Virus record (IMG/VR): IMGVR_UViG_3300046171_000301
Direction: 5' to 3' (one strand)
Origin: an uncultured virus (IMG/VR IMGVR_UViG_3300046171_000301)
Lineage: Duplodnaviria > Heunggongvirae > Uroviricota > Caudoviricetes
DNA: 25,180 bases
A program made the position numbers and the translations under genes. This document shows, piece by piece, positions 8,597 to 17,291 of the stretch; position 1 is the stretch's first letter; each line of letters opens with the position of its first letter. The notes beneath the pieces were generated by a model. It did not search any database. It had not been told where the DNA came from and worked only from the letters and a program-made list of their open reading frames with translations.

Positions 8597-9646
8597 TCAA
8601 GCGTCTTGAATCAGCATTTTGGCCTGCAGAGCACCTTGAGGAGCTTGTTGCAGGTACTGCCAGGCTTGCTCAGGGTTCTGATCCATCAGCTGGCTAAAGT
8701 CGCCCCAGAAGCTAGAAGATCCTTGACCCTGACGATCGCCAGGTGTAGGCATATCCATGGTAGGACGTTGGAAGTTTGATGGAACTTGGCGCTGTTCTTG
8801 ATCCAAGATTTCCTGCTCAAACTGTGCACGTGATTCTATCTGCTGACGCGCTGCCATTTCTTCATCCGTTTCAGTCGGATAAGGGCCTTCAGGACCAAAG
8901 AAATCGTTTACATAATCAGCGAGAATATCAGGATCTGTCAGCATGATGTTCATAGCTGCACGCTCTTCGCCTGCTGCATCAAGCATCAGATTCATATCGT
9001 TGGCACGCTGCACTTGCTCGATTAAAGCGTCTTCAACGGCACATGAGTACTGATTAAGCAGGGCAGGGGCTTCAGCACCGAAGTGTTCAAGAACTTCAAG
9101 ACTAGTATCAGAGATCTGGCTCAGATATGCATCAGGAGCGCTTGCGCTTTGACCTTGGCTTTGCAGTTGGTCTACCAGTTGCGCTTGCTGATTGCTCAGC
9201 AACTGCTGGACTTGCTGCTCCGAATAAGCCGGGGTTGAAGCTGGGGCTAAATAAGTCTGCTGCGCCTGTTGGGAAGGCATTTGGGGTGCCGCCTGAGAAG
9301 CCCACGCCGCCTGGGTACTGACCTGAGGTGTCGGTGTCTGGTAAGCCGAGGACGGTACCTGGGCTTGGTATTGGCTGGGCGAATTCAGACTTGCGGAAAG
9401 AGCCTGGAACGCTGTTTGCCATGGGTTGGCCGCTTGCGCTGGTGTTGCCGCCGAAGCCTGCGGGGCCGCCGCTGTTTGGTAACCCTGGGGCTGCGGCGCT
9501 TGTGTTTGTACCGCTGCCTGAGGTGACGCCTGGTAGGTCGACGGCACGTTCATCGCGGGTTGGGAGGCCGAGCTCGGAGCGACGCTTGTCTGCATCGGAG
9601 AGCTTGTCTGGCCTACTGTCGCTACTGCTTGGTTTGTACCTTCCAC
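8597..9646 (-). CDS. Putative capsid scaffolding protein
   Basis: GTG start with AAGGAG 10 nt upstream. Q/A/P/S-rich disordered N-half and acidic helical C-half. Lies between portal and MCP, with GC-rich codons like the MCP. Confidence 0.65.
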   Translation of the reverse strand: MEGTNQAVATVGQTSSPMQTSVAPSSASQPAMNVPSTYQASPQAAVQTQAPQPQGYQTAAAPQASAATPAQAANPWQTAFQALSASLNSPSQYQAQVPSSAYQTPTPQVSTQAAWASQAAPQMPSQQAQQTYLAPASTPAYSEQQVQQLLSNQQAQLVDQLQSQGQSASAPDAYLSQISDTSLEVLEHFGAEAPALLNQYSCAVEDALIEQVQRANDMNLMLDAAGEERAAMNIMLTDPDILADYVNDFFGPEGPYPTETDEEMAARQQIESRAQFEQEILDQEQRQVPSNFQRPTMDMPTPGDRQGQGSSSFWGDFSQLMDQNPEQAWQYLQQAPQGALQAKMLIQDA

Positions 9647-11414
9647 TGTAACTTAACTCCTTACGTAAAAATTCTAATGATCGATATAAGAATCCCGTGA
9701 TATCGAGATTTGGATCAGACGCTAATGGTAAGTTTGGCGTCTGTGGATGTGGTAGCGAGTACAGACTGCTCAATAGGCCTATAAACGCATTCAAAGATTG
9801 CTGTGTTTGTTGAACCATCCTAAACGGATAGCCGCTGAGCATTGCTGCCCTCTCTTCGTCAGTCTTACTTGGGAAGAGATATTTCAAGGCTTCAATTGAA
9901 TCGACGCCCAGTTCCTGAAGATTTCTAACGACAATACTGTTATTTAGAATGTCTTGTGAATCGTCTTCAAAAACTTCGCCCATCCAGCGCCAAGAAACTT
10001 TTGTACTGCCGTCTGGGATTAAGCCAACTACTCCTGGGGGAATGTTGCCTGATTCAAGTGTAGCACGGAACAATTCTTCTCTCTTAGAGAGATACTTCAT
10101 TTGAAGCTTTTGATATTTAAGAAGCTCCGCTTGATATGCTTCTTGATCATCGGTAAACTGTTCTTCTAGAGGAATCTTAGGCTTCTCTAATCCAACCGCT
10201 TGTGCAAATGACTCTTCAAACAAATGCTCTTCGTGCACAATAATCATAGAGAGTAGCTTGCACAGTCCAAAGGTAAATAAAGATCTAGCCTTTTTTTCTG
10301 CTGTAGCAGCAACTCTTCCGTACAAGGTTTTAATCTCATACGCTGTAGAGGCGAGATTAAAGTCAATATCGTCTACTCCACCTAATGCAAGACGAATTTC
10401 AGACCTATATTGCTTGACATACATATTTTGATCACCAGAAACACTATCAGGTGTCATATATGAAACACGATCAGTTGGCTCTAGGTTGGCGATAACTCGG
10501 GGAACTTTGATCTGCCCATCTAGAGGAGAAGCACCACCAAATGGAGCGCTGTTGCGAGAACTACCACGCTCCGGAGAATAGAATCCGGCAGAAGAACTAA
10601 TGGTTGGCCTGAAGGGCTGCTCTTCACCACTCTCTACAATGTCATGTTTTGGACGACTAGAAACAAGGGTTGGATTTCCAAAGAACTTCATGTTCTTACG
10701 AATGTTTCGCACAAGATCATCGTGATACATGATCTGATTGCTAATCCAATCAAATTCACCCCGACCAGTTGCTTGACCAGTGCAATTTAAGTGATTAAAT
10801 ACTTCAACAGCAGGAATGAACCCTAAGCTATTTGTGAGAATCTCGGTATTGCCAGGTTGTGCCATGTTTGGCATGCCTGTTCCTTCATCCTCAAACTCAA
10901 TTTTTTCGTTTGAAATCAACTGTTCAATACGGTCCTTGTAGACCTTTAGACGAATATATTTTTTCTTGCCTCCTCTAGCTCCTGGATTACTAAAGGAATC
11001 TACAAGAGAAGGTTCTTTAACACTAAAGTTGTAGATTAAAACAACGCTTTCAATTTCTCCATTTTGATCTCTGTAACATCTATAGCTATCTTTTGGGAAA
11101 TACAATAATTGATATGAATCACCTGATGGTCTGAAATAAAATAAACCTTGACCATCGCAGAGGAAGTAATCGACAACACTGTCGAGCTTCATCTCAAGCA
11201 TATTGTCTTCATAGATCTTCTCTAGAAACTCTTTTCGTTTCCCGTAAGAGTCTTGATCACAATAAAACTCGATTCCACGACGAAGCACAAATGTCCGCAT
11301 CTGAGAAAGATGCGAAGCGACAATCATTGTATCTACAGGCAAATCGCCTCTACGCTCTTTTGCGGCGCTTAGGATTTCCGAAAATTGATTATTGGTACCA
11401 GGTGAATTTGACAT
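9132..11414 (-). CDS. Portal protein with a long low-complexity C-terminal extension
   Basis: 760 aa, two genes downstream of terL. Portal-like segments NSLGFIPAVEVFN, GRGEFDWISNQI, NMKFFGNPTL, IKTLYGRVAATAEKK, KVSWRW and SIEALKYLFP. Confidence 0.82.
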   Translation of the reverse strand: MSNSPGTNNQFSEILSAAKERRGDLPVDTMIVASHLSQMRTFVLRRGIEFYCDQDSYGKRKEFLEKIYEDNMLEMKLDSVVDYFLCDGQGLFYFRPSGDSYQLLYFPKDSYRCYRDQNGEIESVVLIYNFSVKEPSLVDSFSNPGARGGKKKYIRLKVYKDRIEQLISNEKIEFEDEGTGMPNMAQPGNTEILTNSLGFIPAVEVFNHLNCTGQATGRGEFDWISNQIMYHDDLVRNIRKNMKFFGNPTLVSSRPKHDIVESGEEQPFRPTISSSAGFYSPERGSSRNSAPFGGASPLDGQIKVPRVIANLEPTDRVSYMTPDSVSGDQNMYVKQYRSEIRLALGGVDDIDFNLASTAYEIKTLYGRVAATAEKKARSLFTFGLCKLLSMIIVHEEHLFEESFAQAVGLEKPKIPLEEQFTDDQEAYQAELLKYQKLQMKYLSKREELFRATLESGNIPPGVVGLIPDGSTKVSWRWMGEVFEDDSQDILNNSIVVRNLQELGVDSIEALKYLFPSKTDEERAAMLSGYPFRMVQQTQQSLNAFIGLLSSLYSLPHPQTPNLPLASDPNLDITGFLYRSLEFLRKELSYSGRYKPSSSDSRPDKLSDADKRRSELGLPTRDERAVDLPGVTSGSGTNTSAAAPGLPNSGGPAGFGGNTSASGQPMANSVPGSFRKSEFAQPIPSPGTVLGLPDTDTSGQYPGGVGFSGGTPNAFPTGAADLFSPSFNPGLFGAASPAVAEQSASATGRPTAKPRSKRKRS

Positions 11415-11436
11415 TTATTTAACTATTTTCTATATC

Positions 11437-12546
11437 CTAGCTTTTGTAGCTCTCAGCGGTCTTTGCAGGATCAAATTCATTTTGTTTAGGCGGTTTGACT
11501 GGATTCCAATTAGGGAGTTGGAAGTTAAAAGTATCACCCAGTTGTTTATAGAGTTGTGCGTCAGCTAGATCTGAGTAGTAATCAGGAGCTGCATTAGTGG
11601 TATTAGTCAAATCTGTAATTCTTTCAGTAGCACCTGTTAGTTTCTCAGCTTGTTTAATAGCATCATTTGCTCGACCTGAGCCACTCATCATATCTTGTGA
11701 TTTTTGGTAGTTCACTTCATTAAGACCTCCGTATGCTGCAGCTGATGCCATATTGCTGAGATCGTTTCCAGCTGATCCTGCAATGTTGACACTGTAGTCT
11801 CTAATGTTTTGAGATAAGTCAACTTGACTATTATTAATGTTACCTGCAGATGGTCCTGTGAAAGTCCTGTCAAAACTGTCACCCGTCTCGACCTTACCGA
11901 CTATTGATGGAGTCGGGGCTGGGGTGGGAGTTGGTGCTGGAGCAGGAGCAGGCGCTGGTGCAGGAGCAGGAACAGGCGCTGGTGAGGGCGTTGGAGTTGA
12001 TGGGTCAGTGTTTACCACTGGCTTTGATTCATCTCCAGATTCAGTAATGTCTGTCACCTGAGTTTTAGGATTAACTTCTTGCAGACGCTTGTTGAGCATA
12101 TTTTGAGCCAACCCGCCAGTTTCAACATTTTGATTTTTTAGATATTTATTAATCTGCTTAGCGCTATAGCCTCCACCTTCTTTACTCGTCAGGAATCTAA
12201 TATCTTTTTTATTGATTTTGTCATTACCTAAACTTGACGGATCATATTGCTTCAAACTTGCAGGCGCTTTTACTCCTTTATTAGCAGCTTCTCTTTTTGC
12301 TAATTTCGTTTGATGTTGATTTCTTGTAACTTTATTCTTATAGCCATCGTTTGTATCATCGTATTGTTTCATTCCGGCTTCTGATTTATTGCTCTGAATT
12401 TTCATGTCTGAAAGTGGCGTCGAGCCGTCAGCTTCTGTGGCGTTGCCAAGTCCCATTTGCTGTGCTTTATAACTTGCTTTGCCGCCAGGATTCTTTTGTT
12501 TAAATTGTTGCTTCTCCTCTACGGACAACTCTTTCCATTTTTTCAT
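11437..12546 (-). CDS. Hypothetical virion protein with a Pro-Ala linker
   Basis: About 370 aa: basic N-half, (PA/PT)n linker and Ala/Ser-rich C-half. Start is ATG 12546 or GTG 12549, with TACAAT at 12576-12581 upstream. Confidence 0.75.
   Translation of the reverse strand: MKKWKELSVEEKQQFKQKNPGGKASYKAQQMGLGNATEADGSTPLSDMKIQSNKSEAGMKQYDDTNDGYKNKVTRNQHQTKLAKREAANKGVKAPASLKQYDPSSLGNDKINKKDIRFLTSKEGGGYSAKQINKYLKNQNVETGGLAQNMLNKRLQEVNPKTQVTDITESGDESKPVVNTDPSTPTPSPAPVPAPAPAPAPAPAPTPTPAPTPSIVGKVETGDSFDRTFTGPSAGNINNSQVDLSQNIRDYSVNIAGSAGNDLSNMASAAAYGGLNEVNYQKSQDMMSGSGRANDAIKQAEKLTGATERITDLTNTTNAAPDYYSDLADAQLYKQLGDTFNFQLPNWNPVKPPKQNEFDPAKTAESYKS
11908..11997 (-). repeat. Degenerate 6-nt tandem repeat encoding a Pro-Ala/Pro-Thr linker
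   Basis: Translates to PTPSPAPVPAPAPAPAPAPAPTPTPAPTPS. Confidence 0.85.
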
Positions 12547-12554
12547 CACTGGGC

Positions 12555-14093
12555 CTAAGAATCAAAACTATCACTATTGTAATCAACTTGCAAAGAACCT
12601 CTTCTCAGTAATCCACCAATTGTTAATACCATTGAGTCGACAGCATCATCGTGTGAAGCATGACCAAAGTTTAAAAGCTCTTCCTCTAAAACATCCCATT
12701 TTCTCCATTTGTTCCATACAATTTTTCTATGCTCATATAGTCCCAAGATTCCCCTTAGTCTTGCCAGTTTGTCGCCTCTAAAGCCTTTGACTGGAGAAAT
12801 TGCAAGGTTATACAAAGAACGATCTTCAAACATTATCCGTTTGAAATCACCTTCAAATGATGTTTGATATGCTACAGCTTCTGGCCAGATAACACAATGA
12901 GATGCTGTTGGAAAATATTGTCCATCTTCATTTTCAATAAGAATGTGCCAATCAGCAAGCATTTCACATAGAGTATCCATCTTTTCAATATTCCCCATAG
13001 ACCTACATCTTCTTTGATCAATCAAATAAATTTTGCTGTCACGAATTCCAGCAAGTGTAAATACAGTCCAGTCATTCTTTTCGCTTAAGCCTGCGCTAAG
13101 GTCAATCCCAACGCCAATGCAGTCATATTCATCAGGTACTTCACCGTGGATCAATAGATCTGGTGAAATGCCAACATCACTTGACTGCACTGCAGTATTT
13201 AAATACTGATAAGCAAAAGCCACCCGATCTTCTGCTTTACGCTCATTGAGATATTTCATTGACCAAAATTCAGGCCAATATGATCTTGATCTACCTTCCT
13301 CATCCGTTATTACTGCCTTCTGTACGATTTGTCTCCAGTTATTCTTTGGTACAAATAGCGTGGAGTGAATATCGTCAAAATGGAACCGGGTTCCCAAACA
13401 GATGGCTCTTGCCCCTTGAAACATCGTAGGTGCGATAACGTTTGACCACGTTGCTTCCATTTCACGCCGTATATCCGGGTTGTTGATGGCCGCAGCGGAT
13501 TTAATAGGGTCATCGATAAGTACCAGTTGCGATCTTTTCGAAGTGATCGCACCCTTGAGACCACCACACGCAATGGTAAACGCCTCTTCACCTGCTGTAT
13601 CAATACCCGCAAATTCATAGTCGATACTCCAGTACTCGTCAGATCTTTTTATTTTTGACAGACGTACCATTGGGAAGATTTCCCTATATTTTGCACTCGA
13701 TAAAATTCCTTTTATAGTTGCTGACTTGGCTCTACTAATGTCCACCATGTAAGCGATGTAGAGTATTCGCAGCATTTTCTTGGCAGCTGCATGTCTTCCA
13801 ATCATCCAAGCTGCAAACAAACCAAGGACAGTGCTTTTTGCAGAACCACGGGGTGCGAGGATCGATGTGTTTGGTCCCCCTACGCCTAATAGACATTCGC
13901 TGTCCTCTCCTGTACAAAGTTCATTGTGCCACTCCAGCATGTGCTTAGCGGGAGCCTTTCCCATCACTTTGCAAAATGCATGGAAGTTTTCGCGAGCCTC
14001 TATGACTTCCTGCGTAGGCGGCTTGCTTGTGACTTTTGTCGCAGTCATCAAAGCACTGCGCCTATAAGCTAATGATGCACTTGCAATTGCCAT
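12555..14093 (-). CDS. terL: Terminase large subunit
   Basis: Walker A APRGSAKST, Walker B LVLIDDP, coupling motif LGTRFHFDD, and RNase-H-like nuclease motifs VGIDLS...DWTVF and HDDAVDS. Confidence 0.95.
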   Translation of the reverse strand: MAIASASLAYRRSALMTATKVTSKPPTQEVIEARENFHAFCKVMGKAPAKHMLEWHNELCTGEDSECLLGVGGPNTSILAPRGSAKSTVLGLFAAWMIGRHAAAKKMLRILYIAYMVDISRAKSATIKGILSSAKYREIFPMVRLSKIKRSDEYWSIDYEFAGIDTAGEEAFTIACGGLKGAITSKRSQLVLIDDPIKSAAAINNPDIRREMEATWSNVIAPTMFQGARAICLGTRFHFDDIHSTLFVPKNNWRQIVQKAVITDEEGRSRSYWPEFWSMKYLNERKAEDRVAFAYQYLNTAVQSSDVGISPDLLIHGEVPDEYDCIGVGIDLSAGLSEKNDWTVFTLAGIRDSKIYLIDQRRCRSMGNIEKMDTLCEMLADWHILIENEDGQYFPTASHCVIWPEAVAYQTSFEGDFKRIMFEDRSLYNLAISPVKGFRGDKLARLRGILGLYEHRKIVWNKWRKWDVLEEELLNFGHASHDDAVDSMVLTIGGLLRRGSLQVDYNSDSFDS

Positions 14094-14117
14094 ATACTTA
14101 ATTCAAATAGTTTTACC

Positions 14118-14543
14118 TCATCTTATTACTTTATATAAGTCAGGACCCATTCCAAGCATTTGTCCTGCAAACCTTTTTGTATAAAGGTCATTACCTTGTG
14201 TATAGCCTCTACTGTAATAACCGAGTCGTTTTTTATTAGCACGTGATTGCTGATTAAAAAAATTATCTATTGCCTTTTCTTCAGCATTTGAAATAGCTTT
14301 CTGTTTAGCTAACTGTGATTTTGTGACTCCAAATGCAATTCCCATCTCTTGTGCACGCTTTGCTGCATCAAGGGCTTTCATGCTGTAACCACTAAGCGGA
14401 TCACTACCGACATTAGACATTGAAGGTAAGCCGGTATCTAGAGCGTCTTTTAGCTTCAATATGCTTACGTCGGTACTAGCAATCGCTGGTAACTCGACTC
14501 CTTTTTTTAAATGAGTGCTTAATTGCTGAGAAAATTTATCCAT
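14118..14543 (-). CDS. Hypothetical protein with RFAG motif near the C-terminus
   Basis: 141-aa ORF whose start overlaps the upstream stop. Confidence 0.7.
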   Translation of the reverse strand: MDKFSQQLSTHLKKGVELPAIASTDVSILKLKDALDTGLPSMSNVGSDPLSGYSMKALDAAKRAQEMGIAFGVTKSQLAKQKAISNAEEKAIDNFFNQQSRANKKRLGYYSRGYTQGNDLYTKRFAGQMLGMGPDLYKVIR

Positions 14544-15072
14544 TAATTAGCTCACTGTAAATCTTTGCCCATACGGCATTGATAGCATTTTCAATGGGTT
14601 CTGCAAATTGTGGATCATCTTTAAATATGCCTGTAAGTTCTCTCATTACACGATCGGCACCTGCCATGATTAATCCTCGCTTATCTGTACTTCTATTTAT
14701 TCTTTCGCTTGTTTCGATATGAGATCGTAACTCTTTTTCCAGAGCAGCCAATCTAGCTGCGCCATTATCCCCCTTGATTTCACCGGAGGTAATTGCCATT
14801 CTAAGTTCTTGTATATCGGAGTGTAGAGCAGATATTTCGCTATTAAGAATACCACGTCTATCTAACTTTCGATACTTCATTTTAACCCAACGACTTAAAT
14901 CGTTAAAGGTTCCCTCGTATCCCAAGATTCCTGCATAGACCCAAATCTCAATAACAGACGGAGTTACTTCGGCAAACTCACGAAAGTCCTCACTATCAGC
15001 AGCAGGTAATGTGTCTAACCATTGATCCATTTGAGTGATATAAACTTTTGAAGAATTTGTTTTAGTTGTCAT
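14536..15072 (-). CDS. Putative terminase small subunit
   Basis: 178 aa with an N-terminal helical HTH-like part (GYEGTFNDLSRW) followed by a coiled coil, two genes upstream of terL. Function is inferred. Confidence 0.45.
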   Translation of the reverse strand: MTTKTNSSKVYITQMDQWLDTLPAADSEDFREFAEVTPSVIEIWVYAGILGYEGTFNDLSRWVKMKYRKLDRRGILNSEISALHSDIQELRMAITSGEIKGDNGAARLAALEKELRSHIETSERINRSTDKRGLIMAGADRVMRELTGIFKDDPQFAEPIENAINAVWAKIYSELING

Positions 15073-16145
15073 TAGAACATACCCGCAAGGCTTCGTGCAT
15101 ATTTACTTTGATTAGCACGTGATTTTGCTTCTAGTCTATTCTGTCTTTCAAGAGTTTTTCTATCGTCATCACCTTTTGCACCAATGCTCCGAACGTCTGC
15201 ATCAGATTGTTCGTCTATGCGGTTAGTGTCGGTTTGGCGTGTTTCATCTCCAGTAGTTCTTATTTTCGACTCATCAACGTTCCCTTGTTCTTTAATGGTT
15301 GATCTGTCTTCAGACCCTTGCGTTTTAATCGTCTTCCTTGATTCTTGCCCAGTCGCTCCTATACGACCAACTCCTTTATCCGTATATTCAGTACCAATAT
15401 CACTTTCGTCTTTAGCTTTCTGAGTAGCTCTTTCTTCAACGCCTGCAGCGCCAATCCTACCGATACCTTGTTTAGTGTACTGAGTTCCTAAATCAGTTGA
15501 TCTATCTTCAGTACCTTGTAATCCGATAGCTTTTTGCTGTTCGCCAACAAGTAATCTATCTTCAGTACCTTTAGTTTCTAATGTACTTCTATCTTCTGTT
15601 CCTTGCCTCTTAACCTTCTTAATATCATTTCTGCCTTGAGCATCTAAATTCAACCGATTCTCAATACCTTCTAATTTAGTCTGCCTTTGAGTGATGTCTC
15701 CCGCTGAAGCCATTTGGTTTAGATTACGATTGGCTTCATCTACTGCAAAGCGAGATTGAAAGTCGTATTCAGAACCCATTTTTTGCATTCCATACACAAA
15801 CTCATCCTTCATCACTTGCGCCATATTTCGCTGCTCTAGATTTGCAGCTTGATTCATTGCGCCTGATGCAATTGTTTGATTAGCAAGCGCAAGTCCTTTT
15901 GCTTGCTCAGCATCAAATGCGGACTGCACAACATTACCTTGAAATGCCATCTTCATGGAGGCCATATCTTCATTATCAGTCGTGTCGTAGTTATAGAAAT
16001 CATTCATGATTCCTTGGAAGTTAAACATTCCTTGACCAACACCACCAGGAGCTAAATTAGGATTTTGCTGATTATATTCTTTTTTAGTCATGCCTGTGGC
16101 TGCTCTTTCAGCCTTACTCATGTCAGCCCAAGCTTTTTTTGCCAT
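15072..16145 (-). CDS. Putative internal/ejection protein with 11-residue repeats
   Basis: 357 aa with repeated G-x-E-[DE]-R-x-T units at ~11-aa spacing. TAGAAT lies 24 nt upstream. Confidence 0.7.
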   Translation of the reverse strand: MAKKAWADMSKAERAATGMTKKEYNQQNPNLAPGGVGQGMFNFQGIMNDFYNYDTTDNEDMASMKMAFQGNVVQSAFDAEQAKGLALANQTIASGAMNQAANLEQRNMAQVMKDEFVYGMQKMGSEYDFQSRFAVDEANRNLNQMASAGDITQRQTKLEGIENRLNLDAQGRNDIKKVKRQGTEDRSTLETKGTEDRLLVGEQQKAIGLQGTEDRSTDLGTQYTKQGIGRIGAAGVEERATQKAKDESDIGTEYTDKGVGRIGATGQESRKTIKTQGSEDRSTIKEQGNVDESKIRTTGDETRQTDTNRIDEQSDADVRSIGAKGDDDRKTLERQNRLEAKSRANQSKYARSLAGMF

Positions 16146-16168
16146 CTAACTTACACATGTATTAATTA

Positions 16169-16188
16169 CATTCTACAAAGTTAGAATG
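16169..16188. promoter_or_regulatory. Back-to-back divergent -10 elements
   Basis: CATTCTA-caaagt-TAGAATG gives TAGAAT on each strand, 24 nt and 20 nt from the divergent ATGs at 16145 and 16208. Confidence 0.7.
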
Positions 16189-16207
16189 GTAGAAACACTA
16201 GAGTGAT

Positions 16208-17269
16208 ATGTCGGCTGCAAGAGGCGTTAGTGCAAGTACATATGTAAGGGCTGGCAATACTGCTGCAGACGCCGCTATAGGGGCTATAAGGGCTGCTAGA
16301 CGTAACTCTCCCAACATGGGTGACATTGTCATAGAAGGGCAGAAGCAGCGGGCTCAGACCAAGGCTGTTGCACTTAAGGCTGAAGCTGATATCCACAACG
16401 CTGGTATTCGTAAAGAAGCAGCTGTCCGTAAAGCTAGGGTTCAGGCAGATCGAGATAAGTCACTTGCTAAATCAAAAGCTACCGTCCGTAAGGCAGGTAA
16501 GATTGCGGCTGCTGGTACTTTGATTGGCGATAGTATTACTGAAGGTAGAAATACAAGGGAGCGTAGAGATTTGTTGGCAAGAATGGAAGCGAAATCTGAG
16601 AAGAGGCATGCGGAAAGGCAAAAGCAGCATGCTGAACTTATTGAGCAACTTAAATCTAGGAACACCGGTTCCGATGACTCTATTCCCGTTACCGTAACAC
16701 CTGCTTCTATTGGACTCGATGTAAGTAGTCCCCCAAAGCCTAATGAAGAAGTAGCAAGTGCAAGTGGTGTTACTTCTCCCGACTCACCAGTCAGTCAAGG
16801 CATTGGTAGCTCTGAAGGGTGGGAGCGTTTAAGTCGTGTTATTCGATTTGGTGAGGGTACTACCGGTTCACGTGGATATAACACACAATTTACTGGTACA
16901 CAATTTGATGATTTATCTGCTCATCCACGGCAAAAAAAGACTAATGGCAGGTATACCTCTGATGCTGCAGGAGCTTATCAATTTTTATCTACTACATGGG
17001 ATGGGGCTAAAAAGGCTTTGAATCTTCCTGATTTTTCAATTTCCAGTCAAGAGAAAGCCGGTAGATATTTAACAGAGCAGCGTGGTGTCAATCCCGACAT
17101 GGTATTTAAATCTAAAAGTGAATTCAAAGCTGCTATGGATAAACTAGCCCCTGAATGGGCAAGTCTTCCTTATTCAGGTGTTAGTCCAGGTGGTTACGGT
17201 AAGGGGAGCTCTTACTATGGCCAAGGCGGTAAGAGTGTTGACGAGCTTTGGGATCTTTACAATAAATAA
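16208..17269 (+). CDS. Lambda-R-type lysozyme/lytic transglycosylase fused to an N-terminal helical domain, probably virion-associated
   Basis: C-terminal domain from ~aa 205: VIRFGEGT (catalytic Glu ~E216), SDAAGAYQFLSTTW, LPDFS, APEWASLP, YYGQ. The N-terminal domain is paralogous to 18421-19128 and 19128-19493. Confidence 0.88.
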   Translation: MSAARGVSASTYVRAGNTAADAAIGAIRAARRNSPNMGDIVIEGQKQRAQTKAVALKAEADIHNAGIRKEAAVRKARVQADRDKSLAKSKATVRKAGKIAAAGTLIGDSITEGRNTRERRDLLARMEAKSEKRHAERQKQHAELIEQLKSRNTGSDDSIPVTVTPASIGLDVSSPPKPNEEVASASGVTSPDSPVSQGIGSSEGWERLSRVIRFGEGTTGSRGYNTQFTGTQFDDLSAHPRQKKTNGRYTSDAAGAYQFLSTTWDGAKKALNLPDFSISSQEKAGRYLTEQRGVNPDMVFKSKSEFKAAMDKLAPEWASLPYSGVSPGGYGKGSSYYGQGGKSVDELWDLYNK

Positions 17270-17291
17270 TTTTAATTTAGGCTATGCCCGA

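Noticed and set aside
9127..9651. Three plus-strand ORFs antisense to the portal/scaffold overlap
   Set aside because: They are expected from high GC and stop-codon depletion in a dual-coding region, and no RBS or promoter is evident.
17270..17291. Bidirectional terminator between the convergent lysozyme and 17292-17939 genes
   Set aside because: No convincing GC-rich stem in the 22-nt gap.
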